NCBI GenBank assembly: GCA_964187785.1
Contig: OZ076413.1
Span: forward strand, 42,162,001 to 42,226,000
Length of the DNA stretch: 64,000 nucleotides
From: Amphiscolops sp. MND2022
Lineage: Eukaryota
Reading direction: 5' to 3'
Part shown: positions 12,201-21,700 of the stretch, in pieces
Numbering within the stretch: the first letter of the stretch is position 1
Layout: each line of letters begins with the position of its first letter
Made by a program: the position numbers and the translations under genes
The notes under the pieces: generated by a model
What the model was told of the DNA's origin: nothing
The model's database searches: none
Seen by the model: the letters and a program-made list of their open reading frames with translations, nothing else

Positions 12201-15200
12201 CTTATATGTAATTTTCCAGTGTTTAAGAAAATGCTACATCTACTGTTCAATTTAAAAAATTGAAAACAACCGGTGTTGGTTAGTTTCGAAAGCTCGCCTT
12301 CGATCTGGCAATACACAAAAATGGAAAAAGGCCTTATTCGAATTGTTGACGTAAGATCCGTTTTATACGGTACGTTATATCCGAAAACGCTATTTGTATA
12401 GTTCGACTTGAAAACACAAAACAAGGTGGACCTGATAGGGAATTGAACCGACGTCCTTGGCTTCCCCAGTAGTGCTCTACTCACTACGATAGCAGGCCTT
12501 GCATTTGAAACTTCCCGGTAAAATTTATAAAATTTGTCACTTTAGAACACTAACAACAGGTAGTCCATGGAGTTTTCTGTAAGAATTCTGAATTTTAAAA
12601 TTGTTGGCCGAATAGCTTGGAAGCAATAAGCGTTCAAATTTCTAATTCCGCCAGGCTGATAATAGACTTGACTCGGTTTCTCATAGTTCATTCTGATAAT
12701 CAGATCCATGCCATATCTTTATTTGATTAATACTTTCTTGACGAAGTATCTGCATTCGAGGAATTTGAATTAAAATGGCTAATGTTTTTGTAGTTAGTGT
12801 ACAATGGGAATAAAAGACGGCGTCTAAAGAAGATAAGCATTGCTTTGGTGCAACGAGTCACCTACAACATAGGCAAGGACCCTCTAGCCCTGTTTCCCCC
12901 ACAAAGGGACACCAGGATTAACAAAGTCAAACAGACGTTCAGGTAAGTGACCCGAGTTGACCTTAAAAAAACAAACATTCATTTTATTTATTGTCCTTCA
13001 TGATTTCCTATGAAACAAATAAAATCATACAAGTTTGCGCACAAAATTACAAGGAAATCAAAACATTTACGGGCCAAATGTAATACCCGGATCCAAATTG
13101 ATGAGACTTCCATGCAATTCCATATATGGAACATGATCAACACAATTCCATACATGGAATCAATATATCCACGCGTTTCTTTGGAATCCATTAGACTTCG
13201 GTAGAAAATTAGCATAACTTATTCAAGTAATGCATAAGTTTATGAAGTTTTCAAACTGATTTACCGCAGCTTGTCTCTTTTGGACATCCTAAAAGATCTT
13301 TCGAAGCATGCAGCTTTTCCCGGTCGTCTTTCAGTTAACTATTAGCTATTTGCTCACTTCATGGCAGCAATCGAAGAAGAACTTTTTCTCAAGAAAGGGA
13401 AGATTGTAATATGAACTTTCAGAGGAAAAGCGGTGCTGGAAATAAAACTCAGAAAAAGCTTGAACAAGAAGAAGCTCAATTTTGCAAGACTTGGTGAACC
13501 TTTCTTTTCTGCTCAAAAATCTTAACCCTAAAAGTGCACAAAGGTTGGTTTGATTCCGTCAAATAGGTACGAGTTTGTATGCTGCTGAGCAAAGTACCTT
13601 CTTTGACTTTTTTAAAAAAGCTTCTCTAGTGCTTTTTTCAAAGGGTTGATGAAGCACGCCTCTGTGCCAAAGAACTAAAACTCTATCATGGTTTTTGACT
13701 TAGTTGTTCAGCGTCATTTGAGAACGAGGAAGAAATCAGGATCCCTCTCTCGATTTCTCTGCCCCCTCTGCAACCCTCGACCCAGAAGACAGCCACCTAT
13801 GGAAACTACGTCCGGGTCTCATATCTCATAAAACTCAAGGCAGTGCTGTACACATACTCTGTGAAAAATTTCTGGTATATGCCCATAATTAGAATAATAA
13901 AATCGTTTCAGAAAATCATTGAAAAGCTTCTTTCATTGCTACAAAATCCAGTTTTTTTTTCAAATCACGTCAATAAAACTTCATAGAAATTATAAAGACT
14001 GAGATAAAGTCAATCCCACAAAAACAGTCAATGACTTCAACAACTATTTTTGTGAAGTGGGAATAAAAAATCAGCAATCAATAGAGAAAACTCCTTTCGC
14101 ACAAAATAACTCGGGATATACAATGCACTCAATGTTCCTTAGACGCACTTCCGTGGAAGAAGTTATTTCGATAATTTCAAATGCTAAAAACAAGACTTCG
14201 ACTGGTGTGGACAGAATAAGCAATAGGCTCCTTAAGTATTGTTGTTCGGTGGTATCGTCTCCCTTAGAAATTCTTTTCAACAGATGTATGAATCTAAGTT
14301 ATTTTCCTGACCAGTTCAAAATCGCTAAAATTATTCCTATCTTCAAAGAAGGTAATAAAGATGATTTCTCGAATTATCGACCCATATCCTTGCTTCCTGC
14401 GATATCGAAAGTGTTTGAGCGAATCATTTTTAAACGGGTATACTCTTATGGCGAAAAATTCAAGCTGCTTGATGACAACCAGTTTGGATTCAGGAAAAAA
14501 AGAAACACTGTAGATGCACTAGCATGCGTGATGGAGCAAATAAGAGCGTCGAAAGATCAACAAGTCGCATCGTTTTGCGTTTTCCTCGATTTGAAAAAGG
14601 CATTTGACACTATTGATCATGAAATTCTCATTCTTAAACTAGAAAATATGGGCTTGAGAGGTCATGTGTCAGCACTCTTGAAGTCATATCTGTCGGATAG
14701 ATACCAATATACACAAGTAAATGGCTCTAACTCCAAATTAGGATTAATTCGTACTGGAATTCCGCAGGGCTCAGTTCTTGGACCAATCTTTTTCTTGTTA
14801 TACATAAATGACCTGACCAAATCGGTACAATCACATGTTACTCTTTTCGCCGATGACACCAACATTTTCGATCGCATGGAAGAGAACGGAACCAACAACT
14901 TAGATAACACCTTATCGATTGTGAACTCCTGGATGAAAAGTAACAAGCTGAAATGTAATCTCGATAAATCAAAAGCTGTAATCTTTGGTGAATCATATCA
15001 AACTGAAATCTTCGATAAGTTTGGCTTGATGGTCCAACATTGTGTTAAGTATTTGGGAGTGTTAATTGATGACGATCTCAGGTTCAAAAATCAAGTTGAA
15101 AAGATAAAAAGGAAACTTTTGTTCTGTAATTACACAGTCTTACGCACAAGGCCCTACCTAAAAAGGTCTCAATTACTTGTATACTACAGAACGCACGTCA

Positions 15201-17640
15201 AACCAATTGTGCAGTATGGTGTTTTGGTATATGGATGCACAGCTTTCAGCAACCTCCAACCGATTTTGCGTTTACAGAAAAGGATAATCAGGAACATTTA
15301 CCGTCTGCCAAAATATACCAATGTCGATCAATTGATGTCGGCAAATGGATTGGAAACTGTATACGAACTTCATGTTTATGAACTCTTGAAATTTATTCTG
15401 AAGTCAATGACCACAGGACACGAGAGCCAGTTGTTGAACGAAATACTGCGCAAGGAAAAGGGAATAAACTATGGACTGAGAAAAGCGCCAGAAACTCTTG
15501 CCCTGATTCCTATCACAAGATCGAAAGTCGGTGAGCATTCTCTTAAATCTAGGGTACCGACACTTTTCAACAAGTTGAATTCCTGGGGAGTTTTTCCAGA
15601 CCAGAGTAATCTAGCTGGTATCAGCGCTGACTCCATGAAGAGCCTTGGTCATAAATTGTTCGACTGTTTTGTCATAGGCAACGAAGACCTGGTGCGCTTC
15701 GTTTTCGGATTGCCGCCATAGGAGAGCAACAAGTGGACAGCGTACAAACATCTCTTCTATCGACTGAGGAGAACGCAGGCGAACTAATAATAAAAAATAG
15801 AGCTTTTCAACTAAATTCAAGTTCCATTTCATCAGTTTTTTTCTTCAGCCGTCAGTAAAAAAGCAATTGGTTCTTCTTCTTTGGAACTGTCATTTTGTTT
15901 AATCTGAATAATCAATGCCAATGTCTCATCGTTATTTTTTGTGGGATCCAAGTGTAAGTGGTGTTTTTCTCTGCTGTTTCTGTTTTGTTTTGCTTAACCA
16001 TACATCAAATTAGGGGGTATCATAGTGTTTACTATCATACCCCAAATGCTTCTGCCACCTGATGCAAAAAATCCCGCGTTAGAGTTCTCAGGTGTCTGCA
16101 TCTTTGCTCCCCGAGAGCATTGAAGACTCCTGGGCCTGTAAAGTCGGGCATCGGGTGCGCAGAAGCCGTAAATTGAAACTATATCAGCAGGGGTACGAGA
16201 AGCGAGTTTTCAGGGAATTTCATTGGAACTTCATCTTTACTTCCGGTTTTTTCCAGCTGTCTTAATACACTGTAGAGTGTCTGTGCCTAAAATTGATAGC
16301 ACATGAGCTCTCACTGTTTCACACGCGCATTGAAACCCTCCAAAACGTTCTGGGCTTATTTTTTTCCTGATGTTCCGTTTTTTCTTCTTTTTTTTGTTTT
16401 TTCCCCATGTCAACTTCTGAGGAATGACTTCAAATTTCACAATTATCAAGAGGCTCCCTTCAACCGGGCAACCACCTTTTGGGAGTCTTTTCTGGCATCG
16501 ATTTATTCTTCTGGTGTTTTTAATTTGATGATATTGATTGTAATGTTGCCAGATAAATTAATTTATTATTATTATTTAAAGACCAATTTTGTAACACTCT
16601 AGATACGTTCCAAAAGTTGTGAAATTTGGTCGCTTTAATCTGATTTTACAGTCATAAAGCCTATACTGTCATTTCCTTACTGCAAAAAAGTATCCTGGTG
16701 TATCCTAAACAGCAAAAAATTATATGGAGCAATATTGCAAATAAAAAAAGCGGTTGACCGCAAATAATGAAAAATTTTGTCACCCGACACGCCAGTTTGT
16801 AACTCGCGAAAGTTTGAGCGTCCTGTGTAAAATTAAAGTGTACATGACTGAGTGAAGGTGGTGACGGGGGGTTACGCCAACCAATGGGAGATCCCGATAC
16901 ACGTGGGCACCACTGGTGTACACCCCAACTGCACCCCTGGACTGGACATGGAGTACGCCATCTTGCGGAAAGACAGTGTAAGTTGCTCCGGAATAAAATT
17001 TCATGATTTAGGTCACACAGTACACGAGCAGGAGTTGAAACAATAGAAACTTTGATGAATTTACACCTATTTTTGAGCGATTCAAAATGAAAAAGTATCA
17101 AATTTTAGTAGAAGCCTTTCAAACAACTTGGTGAACAGAAAGTATAATTAATTTTGTTAATCAAAATGGTAACGTTTTTTGGACCTAATAGTTGTTGAAT
17201 CAGTAGGAAGTTTCACTGAGTTTTCGCGGAAACAGCTGCCAAAACACCCTATGACTAATATCTATTAGCACGCAAATTGCCATGCAATCAATGACAAGAC
17301 ATCTGGGAATATTCCATTTAACTGCTGAGCTATATTTCAGTTATGTGAGCATAACAATATCTACGGAATCCTCTTCACTAAACTCAGTTCTCCTTGGCCA
17401 ACAGAAAACGACACTGAGAAGATAGCCATTCAAGTGAACAAGATGCAGTCGCCTCCAGGGACAGAAAAAAGTACCATATCAGTAGGCGCGGCCCAAGGCT
17501 CGATCATAGGACCTTTGGATTTGGGCGATACTAAAATCACTTTTGGCGAAACGTCGTTAATATCAGCAACCAGCAAATCTGTTCACTCTTTGCAGAACTA
17601 TATCCCCTTGAATGTGAGTTCTAATTCTTTGGTGGGATAA
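188..17640 (+). CDS. Arrestin domain-containing (alpha-arrestin-like) protein, 5'-incomplete, 9 exons in window
   Basis: Exons 188-293, 1568-1688, 2329-2379, 10028-10177, 11181-11374, 12794-12942, 13704-13839, 16858-16977 and 17341-17640 splice in consistent phase (~441 aa). Motifs VFWPGNTIAG, GKHAFELVIP...LPMSF...IEYRL (arrestin N) and LRPGEDLSMK.VYN...KKISIALVQRVTY, LQPST...VRVSYLIKL, EIPIHVGT (arrestin C). AATAAA at 17697. Confidence 0.82.
1568..1688 (+). CDS. Arrestin-like gene exon (AFPVFWPGNTIAGCF...HVTQ)
   Basis: ttttcag acceptor, G|gtatct donor, arrestin-N strand 2 motif. Confidence 0.8.
2329..2379 (+). CDS. Arrestin-like gene exon (GILGSYQRLTIEIFRQQ)
   Basis: ttttcag acceptor, gtacca donor, 51 nt, phase 1-1. 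Confidence 0.6.
2800..3710 (-). mobile_element. Helentron/DINE-1-like non-autonomous element (longer member) with tRNA-like core at 3545-3612
   Basis: Shares blocks with the tandem unit and with the 50483-51272 and 33255-33814 copies. The minus strand reads CTCGGTCTAGCGGTAAGA...GGTCCGGGTTCGAACCC (A/B boxes, Glu-like). Confidence 0.55.
3940..8412. repeat. Tandem array, 6 x ~745 bp units
   Basis: Unit start TAGTAAACACCTTGATTGGG at 3941, 4687, 5432, 6177, 6922 and 7667; near-identical copies. Confidence 0.98.
10028..10177 (+). CDS. Arrestin-like gene exon (PVIVTETSVVNGKHAFELVIP...IEYRLVGYDL)
   Basis: tttcag acceptor, gtcagt donor, arrestin-N signature. Confidence 0.85.
10737..10861. repeat. 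Perfect palindrome, 62-bp arms, 1-nt spacer
   Basis: Centre at 10799; arms read base by base. Confidence 0.97.
10884..10938. repeat. Perfect palindrome, 27-bp arms, 1-nt spacer
   Basis: Centre G at 10911. Confidence 0.97.
11181..11374 (+). CDS. Arrestin-like gene exon (TNEQLRGHLPIQV...LRPGEDLSMK)
   Basis: gatctag acceptor, AAG|gttact donor, start of arrestin-C. Confidence 0.82.
12427..12498 (-). pseudogene. Degenerate tRNA-like sequence (tRNA pseudogene or SINE head)
   Basis: GGCCTG...CAGGTCCA acceptor stem and GGTTCAATTCC B-box, but the T and anticodon stems are mispaired. Confidence 0.5.
12794..12942 (+). CDS. Arrestin-like gene exon (LVYNGNKRRRLKKISIALVQRVTY...)
   Basis: ttttgtag acceptor, AG|gtaagt donor. 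Confidence 0.85.
13704..13839 (+). CDS. Arrestin-like gene exon (CSASFENEEEIRIPLSISLPPLQPST...YLIKLK)
   Basis: gacttag acceptor fits phase 2. The donor is ambiguous (AAG|gcagtg GC donor, or GCA|gtgctg 3 nt later). Confidence 0.75.
14000..16576 (+). mobile_element. 5'-truncated non-LTR retrotransposon, CR1/L2 group
   Basis: RT ORF open from ~14003 to 15721; ~855 nt 3' UTR ending in (TTA)n; candidate 7-bp TSD TAAAGAC at 13993-13999 and 16577-16583. Confidence 0.88.
14057..15721 (+). CDS. LINE reverse transcriptase (ORF2 3' part)
   Basis: NYRPISLLP, QFGFR, FLDLKKAFDT, GIPQGSVLGP, LFADD, KYLGV motifs; no endonuclease (truncated). Confidence 0.92.
   Translation: MGIKNQQSIEKTPFAQNNSGYTMHSMFLRRTSVEEVISIISNAKNKTSTGVDRISNRLLKYCCSVVSSPLEILFNRCMNLSYFPDQFKIAKIIPIFKEGNKDDFSNYRPISLLPAISKVFERIIFKRVYSYGEKFKLLDDNQFGFRKKRNTVDALACVMEQIRASKDQQVASFCVFLDLKKAFDTIDHEILILKLENMGLRGHVSALLKSYLSDRYQYTQVNGSNSKLGLIRTGIPQGSVLGPIFFLLYINDLTKSVQSHVTLFADDTNIFDRMEENGTNNLDNTLSIVNSWMKSNKLKCNLDKSKAVIFGESYQTEIFDKFGLMVQHCVKYLGVLIDDDLRFKNQVEKIKRKLLFCNYTVLRTRPYLKRSQLLVYYRTHVKPIVQYGVLVYGCTAFSNLQPILRLQKRIIRNIYRLPKYTNVDQLMSANGLETVYELHVYELLKFILKSMTTGHESQLLNEILRKEKGINYGLRKAPETLALIPITRSKVGEHSLKSRVPTLFNKLNSWGVFPDQSNLAGISADSMKSLGHKLFDCFVIGNEDLVRFVFGLPP
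16858..16977 (+). CDS. Arrestin-like gene exon (VVTGGYANQWEIPIHVGT...RKDS)
   Basis: Last arrestin-C strand (PI.VGT); gtaagt donor; weak acceptor. Confidence 0.75.
17341..17640 (+). CDS. Arrestin-like gene terminal exon (LCEHNNIYG...SLVG*)
   Basis: atttcag acceptor, 100 open codons to TAA, AATAAA ~57 nt downstream. Confidence 0.7.
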   Translation, partial: LCEHNNIYGILFTKLSSPWPTENDTEKIAIQVNKMQSPPGTEKSTISVGAAQGSIIGPLDLGDTKITFGETSLISATSKSVHSLQNYIPLNVSSNSLVG

Positions 17641-17850
17641 CAAATCTGAAGTTTGACTGGAATTGAGGAAAAACTAAATTTAATTTTGATATTTGGAATA
17701 AACTAGATTGAGCTTAAATACCGCAATTATTATTAAATGCTACTGATACTTCAAACTCAAGTTGAAAGATATTGTTAAACTCGATTTGAAATGTTTTTAT
17801 CGGAAGTTTTTACGCGGAAGGTTCGAGCCAATGAAAAAAAAATCAATTAA

Positions 17851-18200
17851 CCCTAGTGAACCTAGTGGTACTTTAAAGCAGCCCACTTATTTTTCACTTT
17901 CGGATTCCTTCTGCCAGTAGCCCATATTCTCCAGCACAGTTTTTTTTAAACAATTCATTGGTACCTTGATTGACTTGAAAGGCCCAAGCATTAGAAAAGT
18001 GAATATGTCTCCAAAGCAGAGAAAAATTTGTTTTTTTTTGCACAAAAAAAGGTTATAATTTTCTAACATTAGTCTTTGCCGAAATCCAGTTTTCTCAAAA
18101 GTCCATACCCTTCCACAACAAGTCCTTGTGCAACAAACCAAAATAATATCCTGTTGTTACTACAAGCCCCGCGCAGAGGGCTGATGGCTGAAAAACTGCT
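17851..18200. mobile_element. Partial copy of the TTAA MITE family
   Basis: TTAA-CCCTAGTGAACCTAGTG... collinear with the 43540 copy. Confidence 0.7.
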
Positions 18201-18490
18201 TCAAAAAACTTATGAGCGACGGTTGAAATTCAAATAAAACTGTACTTCAACTTGTAATCCACATAAACATTTTTTTTATATAATTCAAAACGTGGGTGGG
18301 TACGCTAAAAAGTAGATCCGAAGTTGGCTCCGCTGCTAGTTGGATCCAAAGCTGCTGGATAAATGCAAATCGAGGTATTCACTGTAGGAGCCAGAAAAGC
18401 GATGTGGAGAAAAAATAATGAACCAAATTTTGCGAAAAAGTTTTTGTTCTACAATTAGTGATTGGAACCAACACTCAAGTTTGTACTAAC

Positions 18491-18707
18491 ACTCGCTGTC
18501 TTCGTAGACGTATAGCTTCTGGACGAGTCCGTCTGGTTTCATGCCTTCTCGTTCGAGGTACTCGGCGAACTTCTCGACCTTGGCCTTCTTGTAGAAGATG
18601 GTCTTGCTGCCTCTGGGACAGCGCATCTCGAAGTCCTTCTGGGAGATTTCGATGGGAAAGACGTACGAGGGAGGCAGGTCTATGTCTCTCTCGTCCAGAA
18701 CTTCCTC
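18491..18707 (-). CDS. DRC7: DRC7 exon (EEVLDERDIDLPPSYVFPIEISQKDFEMRCPRGSKTIFYKKAKVEKFAEYL...YEDSE)
   Basis: gctag acceptor, T|gttagt donor (phase 1). The correct frame differs from the ORF-track frames. Confidence 0.9.
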
Positions 18708-21700
18708 CTAGCGACAAAAAAGGAAGTTGATCATAATTACTGCTATGAAAAGTAATTGCAGAAAAGAATCAATCAATATTTCACATATTTGAAAAACGTA
18801 CCGCCGAGTTATTCAAACATTACGTATGAATGTACAATGAAGAGCAATGATATTTTACAAATATATTTTGTTTTACATATTTGTCGCCTTTTTCTAAGTG
18901 AAATCCTGATTTCCCGAAAAATGTAAGGTTTCTTCAGTAAGTTCTTTGTGCCTTGTAAAAAATCAATATTAATTACTATAAGTTTTAATTACTACTAATT
19001 TAGTTCAATATTAATGACTAAAATTCGAGGGACCACTCATAATTTTTAGGTAAATCAGTGTCACAATTTAAACTTCACACGAAATAGACACAGCAGTTTG
19101 AATTTGAAACAAAAATTTGAAAGTCTTGAGTTTACGTTTTTATCATGCATCATCAGGGTGTTGTTGCAGAATCTAACAAATGTCATTTTCAGTACAGCAG
19201 TTATGCTTCTTTGATTATTCCAAACACCTGGCTAAGCGCATTTATCAAAGAAGCCTTCAGGGTTCATCAAAAATTAGTTTTAAAATGGATAAGATCTTCT
19301 TCGCACAAAGGGACATTGTTAATTCGTGAGGTTATTAACCCCTTAACGCCACTAATCGAGAAAAAAACGTATTCCTTATAAGGATCTTGCGAAAACATCC
19401 AAGATAATACAATTTCCGGGGACTTCTTTATAGAATATTCCAAGATCCTTGCAAGTTAGGTATTTTTTGCAAAAAGATCTTGCAAGGATGCTAATTCCTT
19501 GTGAGATTCTTGCAGGAGTACATTCACTTGCAAGGTTTCTCAAGAAATGTATTTATCTCAACAGGGATGGGGAAATATTGTTTTTCTTCATTATATATTT
19601 CAAATCATTATTTATTTAGTTGTTTAAATAAAACTGACAATTTTCGTGCTTTGTCGACGCCAAGACGTGATCGCAGCGTTCCGTAGCTCATGCCCATTGT
19701 CGAGAAGTGCCGTTCCGTCTCCTACTTGAAAAGAGATGCCAACAATAGGGTCATTTGTTGCATTTGACCTACCATCAAGTGCCATCGTCGCTTTCATCAA
19801 ACGGACTTTTTTACAGCTTTCTTTTTTCACGAAGCATCAGCAAACATTTATAAAATAAATACTTAAGAATGGAAAATCGAAGAAAAAAAACATGTTTTTT
19901 TCATGTGTTTAAATTATGTTTTTTTTTCGTAAATGTTTTTTATGTTTTTTTTTCATTTTTGCCAACCCTGTATCTCAACCAGGGTATTGAATGTAACTGT
20001 GGGTATATGTTCACTCACATCTTCGTCTTGGTTGTCGTCTACACCCTCCTGTTCGGGGACCAGCAACTGGGGCTGCTCTGTCTGGGGGAACATGAACTCC
20101 CACTTGGTACAGTCTCCCAAGTCAAATGACATGTCCTGGACAACAACAATCGGCATTCCATCGATTTAAATAAATATCAAGCAACAATTTATTTTAGAAC
20201 AAATTCAAGTGTTATCAATCAGGTATATTGGAATTGAATCTGACTAGGCCTAACCGGAGTAACAGAGGAAGTTTTCAGTTCGTAAATTGGATAGATCTAA
20301 ATGCTCTAAACTAGCAAATCTTGTATGGCGGATTTTAAGCCCAACAAATGAGCATTCGAAACATGAAAAAATTTCAACAAAAATATTCCGGATGAACGTG
20401 CAAAAAAGACAAAAATTCAACGTTGATTTGCCACTGGGTGGTTTTTCTTTCGTAAGAACGGAAAATATCATCGTGGTGCTTGTCGGATTTCTCGTTTTAT
20501 CCGAACTGTTTTTTTTTAAAGTCACAGGTCAGACGAATACTAACCCTGCAGCCATTGGAGCCCATCTGCATGCAGACCCAGTAGTTTTTGTGGTTCCACA
20601 GGGACTCAATTCCCTGGTAGTTGGGGTGAGTCGTAGGGTACGTCTGTCCTGTCAGGGCCTCAATGAAGAAGTTCTCAGGCACCTGTAATGAAGATTCATA
20701 AAAGGGGATCATGAACTTTAAAAGATCTGCTTTTTCTTTTTAAAAAAGCTACTGAGGGACCTAAACTGTGCCTGAGCATTGGTGTAAACAACCCCCTTAG
20801 ATACAGAACATCATCAAGTTATAACTATAACATCAACAATGTAAGTTAGATACTTATTGGCACAGGCACATCATTATATTTTATTTTCCGTACATATTCC
20901 ATATGGAAAGGAAAATATTTGAATCAGCCGCGTTACTTCGGATATAACTTCAAAAGTTCGGATATTCCGTGCTGGGAGGGACAATGGGAGAGCTTGTTCT
21001 CGAACTTCCGAGTCCTGTTCAGGAAAACGCAGTATACTTCCGAGACAACGTCAAAAACTCGGACAACGACAAACTTCCGCCACTTTTTTTAAGTAAAACG
21101 CAACGTACTTCGAATATAACTTCAAAAGTTCGGATATAGCGTGCTGGCACAATGAGAACGTTTGTTTTCGAACCTCCGCGTCCTGCTTGATAAAACGCAG
21201 TATAGTTCAGAGATTGTAACCGCTGCTCAAATCAAAGACAAAGCTGTTCGAGAAAACAATCTGCTCTAATCTGAGCTTTACGCGGGCCCTGGTAAATTTT
21301 AACTGCTTACAATACTTTGCGCAAACAGTTCAATATTTTCTATGAGAACAAACTATTCGACAGAGAAAGAATTTTCAATACCACAAGTTTCCTATCTATT
21401 TCTTCTCTAGGAGAACTATCAAAATTGTTACTCCCATAGTTTTGCTGAATCTGTTCCACTCAACACTGATTGAAGAAACATTCCTGATGAAACAAGCGAC
21501 TTTACATGAAATATTCAAATTTTGTTCTGATCTGGAATTCAATAAATGTAAAATCTTCAAAGTTGAAATATACCTCATCAGAGGTTGAACCTGACTCGTA
21601 ATTCTGTCAAAGTTAAGATAAATTAGCGTCAGTAATGGGAGTAAAGCATTCCTGCATTAGATAAGGTAAAATAATTCACAAAGTCAATATGAATCAGGAT

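Noticed and set aside
11828..12484. 218-aa minus-strand ORF
   Set aside because: It spans tRNA-like and repeat fragments, with no recognisable domain or splice context.
16237..16290. Apparent next DRC7 exon (T|GC ACA GAC: CTDTLQCIKTAGKNRK)
   Set aside because: It hits a stop with only weak similarity, and it lies inside the LINE 3' UTR bounded by TSDs.
21396..21578. Identical 60-aa ORF also at 28912-29094
   Set aside because: The duplication simply reflects the two LTRs; no coding evidence.
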